Assembly (NCBI GenBank): GCA_049512075.1
Contig: JBEKXL010000027.1
Location: 1-26,955 of the forward strand
Source: Candidatus Bathyarchaeia archaeon
GTDB lineage: Archaea; Thermoproteota; Bathyarchaeia; Bathyarchaeales; Bathycorpusculaceae
Length of the DNA: 26,955 bases
Reading direction: 5' to 3'
This document shows positions 17,157-26,577 of the stretch, in pieces. Below the pieces are notes generated by a model. It saw nothing but the letters and a program-made list of their open reading frames with translations. It did no database searches and was not told the DNA's origin. The translations under genes were made by a program, and so were the position numbers. Position 1 is the stretch's first letter, and each line of letters opens with the position of its first letter.

Positions 17157-18137
17157 ATGAATGTTATGGATCATTGGGAAACACGCCTAAACAAAGACCT
17201 CGTAGATTGGTTGCTAAGTGGCGAACCATGGATCACCTACCGCACTTTGACTGATCTTCTGGATACACAGGAAGGCGACAGGAGAGCTTTAGTTGCGCGA
17301 AAAGGTGTTCTTGAACACAAACTCATCAGGAAAATTCTAGATAAGCGAAATCTCAGGGGTTACTGGGGTGTTCAGAAGGATATTCACACTTGGTGGCCCA
17401 AGAAGGACACGACTTTTTGGGTCTTAGGGATTCTGGGAGACTTCGGGTTGAGAGTCGAGGACGAAGAACTGGCTAGAGCGACTGAGTATGTTTTCAGTAT
17501 CCAACAGGAGCGCGGTGCGTTCCTGGGGTTTGATCCTAGACTTCCTTACGATTGCCACACAGCGATTCTCACAGAGTCTATGGCAAAGCTCGAGCTTCTC
17601 TCAGATCGGAGAGTGCAGAGAGCCTATGACTGGCTTCTAGGAAGGCAAAGACATGACGGTGGATGGTGGTGTAAGAACACAGGTCAGGTTGGTGGACCAC
17701 GCGAAAAGGAGCCGAGCTGTGCAATGGCCACGATGTTTGTGCTTGGAGCATTGGCTCAAAATCCCAGACTTCGAAACAGTGAAGTTGCACGGAGGGGAGT
17801 TGATTTTCTTTTCGGATGCTGGGAAAACAGGGGGAAGATAAAATACGCTGGCCATGATAGCCAAGTTGGAACTGATTGGGAGAAGTTGAAATACCCTTTC
17901 ACAGACTACAAGATATTGAAGTTTCTGGATGTTCTGTCTCAGTTTGAATGCGCCAAACAAAGGGTCCAGGAATCAGAAATGGTAGACCTGCTTCTCTCAA
18001 AACAAGACTGCAAGGGAAGGTTTACCCCTGAATCAATCGTTAAAGTCTGGTCTGATTTTGACTTTGGACAGAAAGATAAACCTTCAAGGTGGATCACCCT
18101 TCTAGCTCTGCGCACAGCCAAGAGAATCTGCAGCTAG
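17157..18137 (+). CDS. Prenyltransferase/squalene-cyclase-like alpha/alpha-barrel repeat protein
   Basis: QW-like repeats (QQERGAF, QRHDGGW, QDCKGRF), WLL...PW, PSRWIT C-terminus. Confidence 0.75.
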   Translation: MNVMDHWETRLNKDLVDWLLSGEPWITYRTLTDLLDTQEGDRRALVARKGVLEHKLIRKILDKRNLRGYWGVQKDIHTWWPKKDTTFWVLGILGDFGLRVEDEELARATEYVFSIQQERGAFLGFDPRLPYDCHTAILTESMAKLELLSDRRVQRAYDWLLGRQRHDGGWWCKNTGQVGGPREKEPSCAMATMFVLGALAQNPRLRNSEVARRGVDFLFGCWENRGKIKYAGHDSQVGTDWEKLKYPFTDYKILKFLDVLSQFECAKQRVQESEMVDLLLSKQDCKGRFTPESIVKVWSDFDFGQKDKPSRWITLLALRTAKRICS

Positions 18138-18237
18138 ACCTTGATGCACGCGCGAAACCAGCTAGAGACGTCAAAGGCTTACTCTTGATGTAGAGAACTC
18201 GAAGGAAAACAAGGGAAATCGGTTAGTGAGGTGCAAT

Positions 18238-19380
18238 CTAGAGCGACAATGCACCATTCTTGACTAGCGTTTTCTCATCAATCTTGACAGTTGCTTCTGT
18301 CATTGAAGCCCACCAATGACGATTTCCAGACGTTCGGTTTTCTCCTCCCTTATCTTCGTTACCGCCGATCCCGATTGTAACTCCTCCCAAAACCTTATCA
18401 TCTTGGGTGAAGCCATGTTTCAAGCCAGGATTCAGTCCCAGCCCGAAGAATGCAAACTTCGCGGCGTCGCCCTCACATGACTTCAGATAGTTTTCAAACT
18501 CAGAAATCCCAGATTGTGCCTCGTATCTAACGACTTCTCCCTGCTTGAAATGCAGGGCTAAATCCTTAATCTTTTTACCTCCCCTAACCGAAATCACAGC
18601 ATCATAGACCACAGTTCCCTCTGCGCTGGTTTCATCTGCTGCCACTTCAACAAACCCTGAAGGCAAGAACTTCACAGTTCCTTTGGCTCCATCTTCCTTG
18701 TTCACCACGCTGTCTCCTGAAATAGGTTCACGCCCACTCAACTTGAGCTTGAGTTTTGTGCCAAAGGACGTCACAACACTAACATCTCGACCCTTCTTAA
18801 CGACCTTAGCCACCCTAGAGGCTGTTCGGGCGATTTCCTTCTGGTCGACCATGCACCCGGCTAGCATGACCTCCTTCCATTTTTCATAATCTAACCCCAG
18901 AGCTTGCGCCCAATGTTTTGTCGCCATGCAGTATTCGACGCCTAACACGCGGATAGAGTGTTCACTGGCGATCTTTCGCCACGCGTCCATGTACTTGTTT
19001 GACTCTAGAAACCAAAGGTTAGCAAGCTCTTGTTTCTCCGAAGGAATTTTGCCCCAATCCACGGGGTTCTTCGGACCCATCAGAAAAATGAACGCATCAG
19101 TCCGCTCCAAGGCAGCAGCTTGATGTGCAGGCAAAATCTCCAACAGTCTTTTCGGGATTTCTAGTAGTGAACGCATCCAGTAGTCCTCCGTGGTGAGAGT
19201 AATGAATGGTTGGGCTCCTTTTTCCCGACAAGCAAAGGCTATTTCGGAAGCAATTTCAATTGTATGATCCCAACCATGAATCCAAACGTTTTCGCCCTCT
19301 CTAATGTTCAAGCATCCAGAAACTACTTGATGTGCAAGCTGCCTGTAATCTTCCATTTGCTCTGTCTCCATGGTTTTCAT
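18238..19380 (-). CDS. M29 (aminopeptidase T-like) homolog, metal ligands degenerate
   Basis: LA--VV--CLNIREGENVWI, GTKL, LPSG, GLGLNP, DDKVLGG, GGN...GG; start may be 19371. Confidence 0.8.
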   Translation of the reverse strand: MKTMETEQMEDYRQLAHQVVSGCLNIREGENVWIHGWDHTIEIASEIAFACREKGAQPFITLTTEDYWMRSLLEIPKRLLEILPAHQAAALERTDAFIFLMGPKNPVDWGKIPSEKQELANLWFLESNKYMDAWRKIASEHSIRVLGVEYCMATKHWAQALGLDYEKWKEVMLAGCMVDQKEIARTASRVAKVVKKGRDVSVVTSFGTKLKLKLSGREPISGDSVVNKEDGAKGTVKFLPSGFVEVAADETSAEGTVVYDAVISVRGGKKIKDLALHFKQGEVVRYEAQSGISEFENYLKSCEGDAAKFAFFGLGLNPGLKHGFTQDDKVLGGVTIGIGGNEDKGGENRTSGNRHWWASMTEATVKIDEKTLVKNGALSL

Positions 19381-19478
19381 ACGTTTTATTAGCAGTTAAA
19401 TTTTCTCTCCAATCGCATGCGCAGAGGAGCCGCCGACTCTGCTCACGTTTAAAAACTCAGGCTTTTACATAACCAACT

Positions 19479-20171
19479 ATGGAAGAGAAATATCGCCAAT
19501 TGAGGACGATTGTTGAGAAGGAAATGGACGGAGCAAGTCCCGCACATGACATCAATCATGTGATGAGAGTCTACAACTTATGCCTAGAATTGGCAAGCTA
19601 TGAACTAGATGTTGATATGGATGCCCTGAAAACCGCAACCTTGCTTCATGACATCGCCAGGACTAAAGAAGACAAACACGGACACACCCACTTGCTGAGT
19701 GTAGACCATGCTGCTCTCGGGGCTGAGATGAGCGGCAAAATCCTGAAAGAGCTGGGTTATCCAGAAGAAAAGATAGAGCATATCAAACATTGCATCGCAG
19801 CCCACAGATTTAGAGGAGGAAACACGGCAAAAACAATAGAAGCAAAGATTCTGTCTGACGCTGACAAACTGGACGTTTTGGGAGCAACAGGAATTGCAAG
19901 ATCATACACGATTGGAGGAGAATGTGGCCAGAAAATCTATTCGGACACTCCAGTAGACAAGTACATCAAAGAAAACCTTGCTGGCAGCAAGCCTGACGGC
20001 AGAATCATCGATCCATCAAAGCACGCCTCAAACCTCGAGTTCGAAACAAAATTCAAACATGTCCCGGACAGACTGCATACTCAAAAAGCAAGAGAAATTG
20101 CAAGAGAAAGATTGGAGCATATGGCCCAGTTCTTTGAAAGACTGAAAAGAGAAATTGACGGTCAATTATAG
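19479..20171 (+). CDS. HD-domain phosphohydrolase (YedJ-like)
   Basis: AHDINHVMRV, LLHDI, DHA, AHRFR, DADKLDVLGATGIAR. Confidence 0.9.
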   Translation: MEEKYRQLRTIVEKEMDGASPAHDINHVMRVYNLCLELASYELDVDMDALKTATLLHDIARTKEDKHGHTHLLSVDHAALGAEMSGKILKELGYPEEKIEHIKHCIAAHRFRGGNTAKTIEAKILSDADKLDVLGATGIARSYTIGGECGQKIYSDTPVDKYIKENLAGSKPDGRIIDPSKHASNLEFETKFKHVPDRLHTQKAREIARERLEHMAQFFERLKREIDGQL

Positions 20172-20188
20172 ATTCAAGCAGTGAAGAC

Positions 20189-20199
20189 CTAGCGCGCGC
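20189..20199. repeat. CTAGCGCGCGC motif copy
   Basis: ctagcgcgcgc starting 18 bp after the HD gene stop. Confidence 0.75.
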
Positions 20200-20336
20200 C
20201 ACGATCGTTGTACTTTTCTTTGTTATGCATGTGCAAAATGCTTGACAGACTCGACAAGATTGGCAATGTTGAAACGCACAAAACCTTAAGTGCGCGCATT
20301 GGCACAGATTATTCAATCGCTTAGCGAAGGTCAAGC

Positions 20337-20732
20337 ATGAGCCAAGAGAGGAAGCTCCAGAGAATTGACAGGGAGAAGCTGCCATTATTCTATAGGTTTA
20401 TCTTGAAGATTCCAATTCCTGCAATCATCTCGTCTATAGATATCCCGAGCGGCATCTTCTATGCGATAATTCTTCCGATTTTTATGTTGTTGGACTTTTT
20501 TCTGAACATCTATTTTCTGATTGGTTTTGGTTTCCCGATTAACATCTTATTGGTTTGTGTTGTTCCCGTTGTCTTCCTGGCGATTTTTGTAAGAGCCACC
20601 GCAGACAGGTTCATAAATTGGTGGAACTCTGGCGTGGTCGGCGGCTATGTTCAACGGGACGTCAAAGAGGTAATGAAAGAATATCTTGCTCTGAAAGAGA
20701 ACAAAGCCAAAGAGGAAACAACAAGCGGATAG
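20337..20732 (+). CDS. Hypothetical 2-TM membrane protein
   Basis: 131 aa, two central hydrophobic helices, charged termini. Confidence 0.7.
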   Translation: MSQERKLQRIDREKLPLFYRFILKIPIPAIISSIDIPSGIFYAIILPIFMLLDFFLNIYFLIGFGFPINILLVCVVPVVFLAIFVRATADRFINWWNSGVVGGYVQRDVKEVMKEYLALKENKAKEETTSG

Positions 20733-20993
20733 GTCTGCCCTCCGATGCATTCACCTACTGAAACCCACTGCACCGACAAGATGGGTTTTGTTTTGAACTA
20801 CTAAGGCGAAGAAACCCATCGAAGAATTGGGCAAAGACCATTCCTACAGTCAATATCTTTGGTCATCAAGGATCCACGCCCTAGAATTCATCAACTCGCT
20901 CGCTATATCACACCGCTCGCTACTGGAAGAATTCAATAGTTGATTTTTCCATAACTCATAAGAAGGGGCAAGGGAGTTAATGCATGATGCGCT

Positions 20994-22619
20994 ATGGATA
21001 AGGGAGCTTCACTTCTAGCCATTTTTGCCGCTTTACTGCTGATATCCTTATTCTCTTTGACCATGAGGTCTGCCTTGGCTTTTGATTATACAAACGTCTC
21101 AGTTCAGCAAGCTAAAGCGATGATTGACTCTAACCCTTCCTTGGTGATATTGGACGTGAGGAACCAGAGCGAATATGATTCGGGTCACATCAGAAACGCA
21201 AAGCTGATTCCAGTCTGGAATCTAACACAGAGGCTAGATGAACTGAACAGTTCCGACACTATCTTGGTATACTGCGGGTCAGGCGTCAGAAGCACAAGTG
21301 CAAGTGAAACACTCGTCAACAACAGCTTCCTTCACATCTACAACATGATCGGCGGAATAACCGCGTGGGGTTTGGCTGGATACCCAGAGTACGTCAACTA
21401 CACTTCAATACAAGGAGCCATCGATAACGCAACTGAAGGTAGTACAATCTTGATATCCACTGGATTCTACAGCGAGCACCTAATGATTAATAAATCGATA
21501 ACTCTGGTCGGGGAAAACAGATACACGACAATTATCGATGGCAGCAATAGCGGTACGATTCTCGACATAGCGTCCGACAACGTGTCAATCAGCGACCTCA
21601 CGATAGAACGTCCTGGATGTACATGTGAAGGAAACTATGGAACTCTAATAGAAGACCACCATTCAGGAATAAGCTTAGTAGACAATGAGATAGTAACCGA
21701 CAGCGTTGGCATCAACGCCACATCGGCACATGATGTGCTCATAGCCTACAACAACTTTTCACAAGACTATGTTACAAGCATGTCTATCTTGAACTCCTCA
21801 AACATCATGATAACTGGCAACAACATGACGGGTTTTATGCAGGGGGTAGAGATCACAGACTCCAGCAACGTCACATTTTCCAAGAACATTCTCTTGGGCA
21901 GTGGCGAAGGAGTGGTCATTCAAAACTCCAATGGAAGCACCTTTTGTGGAAACCAGTTCCTGCAGGACTCTTTCGGAATTAGCCTCCGTCAATCCAACGA
22001 CAATCTCATATACGACAACGACTTCAAAGAAGACTTCCGCGACGTTTCGAGCCAGGAATCAATGAACCGTTGGGACAACGGCGTGGAAGGGAACTTCTGG
22101 GGGAACTACACTGGAGTCGATGCAAACATGGACGGAATAGGAGACACACCCTACAGCATAGACGTGAACAACACAGACAATTATCCGTTGATGGGCATTT
22201 TTGCCAGTTACGAGACGAACGATCAGGAAGTTGATTTCATAAGCAATTCCTCCGTAACCGGCTTCAGCTTCAGCGTCGCCAACTCTTCCGGGACTTTAGG
22301 CTTTGCAGTCGCTGGAGAGAACGGAACACAGGGCTTCTGCAGACTGAACATTCCAAAAGCGTTGATCAATGGTTCCTACATCGTCATGTTTGATGGACAA
22401 GTGATTACGGAGCCTCAATTCCGCGTACTGCCAGCCTCAAACGAGAACTACACCTACATTTACATGAACTACACTCACAGCGAACACACAATAGAGGTCA
22501 GCGGAGAGACAATGGTTCAGGAGTTTCCGTCAATCGCGTTCCTGACAATTCTCATGTTGGGAACACTGTCGGCTGGCATAGTCTACAGAAGAAAAGACGC
22601 CGGTCCTTCCAAGAGATGA
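20994..22619 (+). CDS. Secreted rhodanese / NosD-type beta-helix surface protein with PEF-CTERM-like tail
   Basis: Signal peptide; rhodanese (LDVR--EYDSGHIRNA, YCGSGVRS, GGITAW); SIQGAID, parallel beta-helix repeats, GNFWGNY-G-D-N-DGIGDTPY; VQEFP-TM-YRRK. Confidence 0.88.
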   Translation: MDKGASLLAIFAALLLISLFSLTMRSALAFDYTNVSVQQAKAMIDSNPSLVILDVRNQSEYDSGHIRNAKLIPVWNLTQRLDELNSSDTILVYCGSGVRSTSASETLVNNSFLHIYNMIGGITAWGLAGYPEYVNYTSIQGAIDNATEGSTILISTGFYSEHLMINKSITLVGENRYTTIIDGSNSGTILDIASDNVSISDLTIERPGCTCEGNYGTLIEDHHSGISLVDNEIVTDSVGINATSAHDVLIAYNNFSQDYVTSMSILNSSNIMITGNNMTGFMQGVEITDSSNVTFSKNILLGSGEGVVIQNSNGSTFCGNQFLQDSFGISLRQSNDNLIYDNDFKEDFRDVSSQESMNRWDNGVEGNFWGNYTGVDANMDGIGDTPYSIDVNNTDNYPLMGIFASYETNDQEVDFISNSSVTGFSFSVANSSGTLGFAVAGENGTQGFCRLNIPKALINGSYIVMFDGQVITEPQFRVLPASNENYTYIYMNYTHSEHTIEVSGETMVQEFPSIAFLTILMLGTLSAGIVYRRKDAGPSKR

Positions 22620-22791
22620 AAAAGGAGTTTGCGGGAGAAATCGCCATTTCCAGCTGATTAAAGCAATTAGGACACGTTGATAACAACTAGGCAGGGGCGC
22701 TCTCCACCGTTCTAACTTCTGGAACGGAACTGTACTAACGCTTAGCATAATATGGCATGATGTCTTCAATAGTTAAGATGTGGTTAACTCG

Positions 22792-24690
22792 ATGGAAAAA
22801 CAAATCAAGAAAAAAGCCATTCTCTATGGAATTGCAGCGATCCTTCTTGCCTCGACCTTTGGCGTAGTACTCTACAACTACGGAGTTTTTCAGACGCTGC
22901 TGAATCCCGCTGCTCCCCAAATCCCGGTTGCACATTCTTCTTTTCTGGCCACTTTTCCCTCAGCCGAAGCACTGAAGAGCTTCTTGAAAACCAACTCACA
23001 AACACAAGGGCCGTTTTCACTTTATGGACCTGCGGACACCAAGGCGTTCGGCTCGCCCAGCGGACCAGTTTTGCCCGCATTGATCAATGCTTTTTCCATA
23101 ACTTCGGATACCATGGGTGAAAGCTACCAACATTCTGCCACGAACATTCAAATCGCAGGAGTTGACGAAGCAGACACAGTGAAAACAGATGACAACGGCT
23201 ACATGTATGTTCTATCAAACGACACTGTCTATATACTAACCGCCTATCCACCAACACAAGCCGTAGTGCTCGCCAAAATCAAGTTCGCCGACATGTATCC
23301 CATTGGAATCTTCGTCAGCGGCGATAGATTGGCTGTACTGGGATCACAATACAGTTTCCCTGTACTCACGTTTCCTCTCTATGACAGATTCTACGTCGCC
23401 GACATCAAAACTTTCGTGAGAGTGTACAACATTCATGACAGAAGCGATCCCGTCCTCATCAAAGACCTTGCCTTGGACGGTAGCTACTTCAGCTCAAGAA
23501 TGATCGGTGACTACATCTACTTTGTCGCGAGCAAACCAGCTTACACGGTTGACGACACAATCTTTCTGCCAGAAATCCTCATGAACGGAAGAGCCACGAA
23601 GATAGCTCCGACAGAAATCCGATACTTCAACGGAACGGAAGAATACTATCAATACACGACGTTTGTCGCAATGAACATCCAGAACACGACAGAAGCACCG
23701 ACGTACCTGACAACTTTGCTCGGAGGGACAAGCAACATGTACGTTTCGCAAGAAAACATGTACGTGACATTCCAAGAATGGTACTGGGGCGGAAACACAA
23801 CGATATGCCGCATACACTTGCAAGCCAACAACATGACCGTCGAAGCCAGCGGCAAAATCCCAGGACAAGAACGCAACCAGTATTCAATGGATGAATACGG
23901 CAACTACTTCCGAATGCAAACCTCAACATTTTCTGATGGAGTCAGCCAGACGAACGTGTACGTGCTCGACATGAACCTCACCGTAGTAGGAAGACTGGAA
24001 AACCTAGCGCCAGGAGAGAACTTCCACTCCGCCCGCTTCATGGGCAACAGATGCTACCTAGTGACCTTCAAGAAAACTGATCCCCTGTTCGTCATAGACT
24101 TGAGCAACGCAACAAACCCGCGGGTTTTGGGCGAACTGAAAATCCCAGGATACTCAGACTACCTTCACCCATACGACGAGACTCACCTGATCGGTGTGGG
24201 CAAGAATACTGTCGAGGCGGAAGAGGGAGACTTCGCCTGGTATCAGGGAATAAAAATATCCCTCTTCGACGTAAGCAACGTAACTAACCCCATACAAGAC
24301 GCAACCTACGTAATCGGCGACAGAGGCTCAGACACACCAGTTCTAACGGATCCTAAGGCGTTCCTATTCGACAAGTCCAGGAATCTTCTCTCAATCCCAG
24401 TATTGGTAGCAAAGATAGACGAAAGCAAATACCCCAGCCCTGTTCCTCCCAGCGCTTACGGAGACGCAGTGTGGCAGGGCGCCTACGTGTTTGACATATC
24501 ATTGTACCACAACCTAGTGCTTGAAGGACGCATCACCCACCTGGACAATAACACGAACATCTACGAGCAAGGACACTGGATCAAGAGATCAATATACATC
24601 GAAGACGTCTTCTACACAGTATCAGACCGAATGATAAAGATGAACAGACTAGAAGACATGAGCCAGATAGACCAAGTCCCGCTCTCCTAA
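22792..24690 (+). CDS. Secreted/membrane-anchored beta-propeller domain protein (Beta_propel family)
   Basis: N-terminal TM; TNIQIAGVDEADTVKTD, NQYSMDEY, YLVTFKKTDPLFVIDL, LGELKIPGYSDYLHP. Alternative GTG start at 22780. Confidence 0.9.
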   Translation: MEKQIKKKAILYGIAAILLASTFGVVLYNYGVFQTLLNPAAPQIPVAHSSFLATFPSAEALKSFLKTNSQTQGPFSLYGPADTKAFGSPSGPVLPALINAFSITSDTMGESYQHSATNIQIAGVDEADTVKTDDNGYMYVLSNDTVYILTAYPPTQAVVLAKIKFADMYPIGIFVSGDRLAVLGSQYSFPVLTFPLYDRFYVADIKTFVRVYNIHDRSDPVLIKDLALDGSYFSSRMIGDYIYFVASKPAYTVDDTIFLPEILMNGRATKIAPTEIRYFNGTEEYYQYTTFVAMNIQNTTEAPTYLTTLLGGTSNMYVSQENMYVTFQEWYWGGNTTICRIHLQANNMTVEASGKIPGQERNQYSMDEYGNYFRMQTSTFSDGVSQTNVYVLDMNLTVVGRLENLAPGENFHSARFMGNRCYLVTFKKTDPLFVIDLSNATNPRVLGELKIPGYSDYLHPYDETHLIGVGKNTVEAEEGDFAWYQGIKISLFDVSNVTNPIQDATYVIGDRGSDTPVLTDPKAFLFDKSRNLLSIPVLVAKIDESKYPSPVPPSAYGDAVWQGAYVFDISLYHNLVLEGRITHLDNNTNIYEQGHWIKRSIYIEDVFYTVSDRMIKMNRLEDMSQIDQVPLS

Positions 24691-24728
24691 ACCCCCTATC
24701 TTTTTCTCCATTCGTCAATGAAAACGAG

Positions 24729-24763
24729 CGCGCAACCACAAATGAAAAAATTGGGGTTGTGCG
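24729..24763. terminator. Imperfect 13-bp hairpin between convergent genes, beginning in a GCGCGC site
   Basis: cgcgcaaccacaa-9 nt-ttggggttgtgcg, with one G-T pair and one mismatch. Confidence 0.4.
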
Positions 24764-24936
24764 GGAGAACTCCACTATCGTTAATGTGATTTCTCAGCAA
24801 TACCAATAAAAGACCAAGCAAAAGCCAGCTTAAAAAGAATATGCCGAAAGCGTAGAACATGAAAACGCTAAAATCAAATGGTCGGAAATGCTTTTATGCA
24901 AATCAGTTTCTCAGGAGTGATAAGGAATCAAAACAG

Positions 24937-25434
24937 TCAGGTTTTGAGCCCATTCATTATCTCGTTTGCGAAGGTTCTCGCTCGCTCCAATCGTGTCGCA
25001 TCGGGTTGACCTTTACTACTATCAAGTCGCGCCCATTTACGCTCTTTCGACCTCGGACTAAGTCGCATGAAGGTTTTAATTAGTCGAGAGACTTGTCCTT
25101 GGCAGTCGAAAATGCCAATAATATTAGCCCCCACGGCAGCATCTCTAAATTTCTGAATCCATTCCTGCAAAAGCGGTGCCCCCTCGGGAGCCATGTGAGT
25201 GACAAAGAGCGCTATTGCTCTATCCTTGACGCGAGTTTCCAAGAAAGCCCTAGCCTTCTTATCTGGACCATATCCATGTATTGGAAACCCTAGAAATGAG
25301 AGGTCGTAGCCTTCAAGTGATGTTACATCTTCGACCCGTTTAATCTCTTTTGGTTGAGGAATCGCATCATAAATGGCTTCAGCAACTTTCTTTGTATTTC
25401 CAGTCCGAGACATGTAAGCAACCAAAACTTTCAT
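24937..25434 (-). CDS. Flavodoxin family protein
   Basis: FMN loop YMSRTGNTKKVAEAI, YDL-FLGFP, ALFVTH, FDCQG. Confidence 0.9.
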   Translation of the reverse strand: MKVLVAYMSRTGNTKKVAEAIYDAIPQPKEIKRVEDVTSLEGYDLSFLGFPIHGYGPDKKARAFLETRVKDRAIALFVTHMAPEGAPLLQEWIQKFRDAAVGANIIGIFDCQGQVSRLIKTFMRLSPRSKERKWARLDSSKGQPDATRLERARTFANEIMNGLKT

Positions 25435-25594
25435 GAATAACCACCGATAAACTACTATACATTGGGCAGTCTTTATAGATTATGCAGACTTTTCTGATGC
25501 GTCCTGTATCAAGAATTAGCCTTTCCGCAAAACCAAAAACTGTCTTAAAAGATTGATAGAAATGTCTTCTAGTCACAGGTTAAAGTCGAATTGG

Positions 25595-25608
25595 CTAGCG
25601 CGCGCGCT
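25595..25608. repeat. CTAGCGCGCGCGC motif copy
   Basis: ctagcgcgcgcgct; the 13-mer ggctagcgcgcgc is identical to 13130-13142. Confidence 0.75.
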
Positions 25609-25698
25609 TTCAAAGACTTCGCAGGTGAGTAAGTAATAGTCAAAAAGCATAAAAGCGCGGGGATAAGAAACTCAATTTGATAAAAGAAGGCTTTTATT

Positions 25699-26577
25699 AT
25701 GAGCGTAGAGGAAGTCAAAGATTATTTTAAAATGTCTGATGGCTTCAACCTATTTTTTAGGCACTGGAAAGCCGTTGGGAAAGCAGAGAAATCCATAGTG
25801 TGTGTCCATGGGCTGGGATGTCACTCCGAATTCTTCAAACCCATCGGAGAGAATTTAGCTGCAAATGGGGTAGAGGTTTATTCTCTAGACCTGAGAGGTT
25901 TCGGAAACTCGAAAGAAGAGGGCATCCCCAGAGGGGATACGAGAGACTTCAAGAGACATATGCAAGACTTGGACGAAGCAGTTGATTTTGTGCGGAAGGG
26001 TTATCAAAACCAAAAGGTCTACATGTTTGGTCACAGTCTGGGCGGATGCTACACTCTATGGTATGCAGCAAACCATCCAGACTCGTTGGACGGAGTAATG
26101 CTCGCAGCCCCAAACATAGAAAGCGGATTAAGACCACCGCGAAGATTTCTCATTGAACTTCCTTTTGTATTTCTTTTTGCACCCAAGAAAACCTTTGATA
26201 TGTACGAAGCATGGCCCCAAAGTCTCAAAGAAAGCGAAGAGGGCAAAGTGTGGCGTCAAGACCCATTAAGCACAACAAAGTTCAGTTGTCGCTGGCTAGT
26301 TGGCACGAAAACTCTGAGGGATAAAGCACTTCAGAATGCATCGCAGATAAAGAAGCCAACACTGATAATTCAAGGAGAAGCAGATAATCTTGACTTTCCC
26401 AGTGGAGCCAAACGGCTTTTAGAAAACCTTGCGGCTAAAGACAAGTCGCTCCGAACCTTTCCAGATGCAGACCATTGGTTTTACGACGCCATTTTCCCTA
26501 AAGTAACTGCCAAACACGACCCTGAAAAAAGAGAGCAAGTGTTCTCAATAGTCAATGATTGGTTAAAGACGAAATAG
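25699..26577 (+). CDS. Alpha/beta hydrolase, lysophospholipase/monoglyceride lipase family
   Basis: VHGLGCHS, DLRGFGNS, nucleophile GHSLGG, QGEAD, H in DADH. Confidence 0.92.
   Translation: MSVEEVKDYFKMSDGFNLFFRHWKAVGKAEKSIVCVHGLGCHSEFFKPIGENLAANGVEVYSLDLRGFGNSKEEGIPRGDTRDFKRHMQDLDEAVDFVRKGYQNQKVYMFGHSLGGCYTLWYAANHPDSLDGVMLAAPNIESGLRPPRRFLIELPFVFLFAPKKTFDMYEAWPQSLKESEEGKVWRQDPLSTTKFSCRWLVGTKTLRDKALQNASQIKKPTLIIQGEADNLDFPSGAKRLLENLAAKDKSLRTFPDADHWFYDAIFPKVTAKHDPEKREQVFSIVNDWLKTK

Noticed and set aside
19421-19442. GCAGAG...CTCTGC inverted repeat between divergent genes
   Set aside because: Only a 6-bp stem; could be an operator but is compatible with chance.
22740-22767. dif-like site (GCATAA-N6-ATGATGT)
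   Set aside because: Poor right arm; position fits promoter DNA of the beta-propeller gene.
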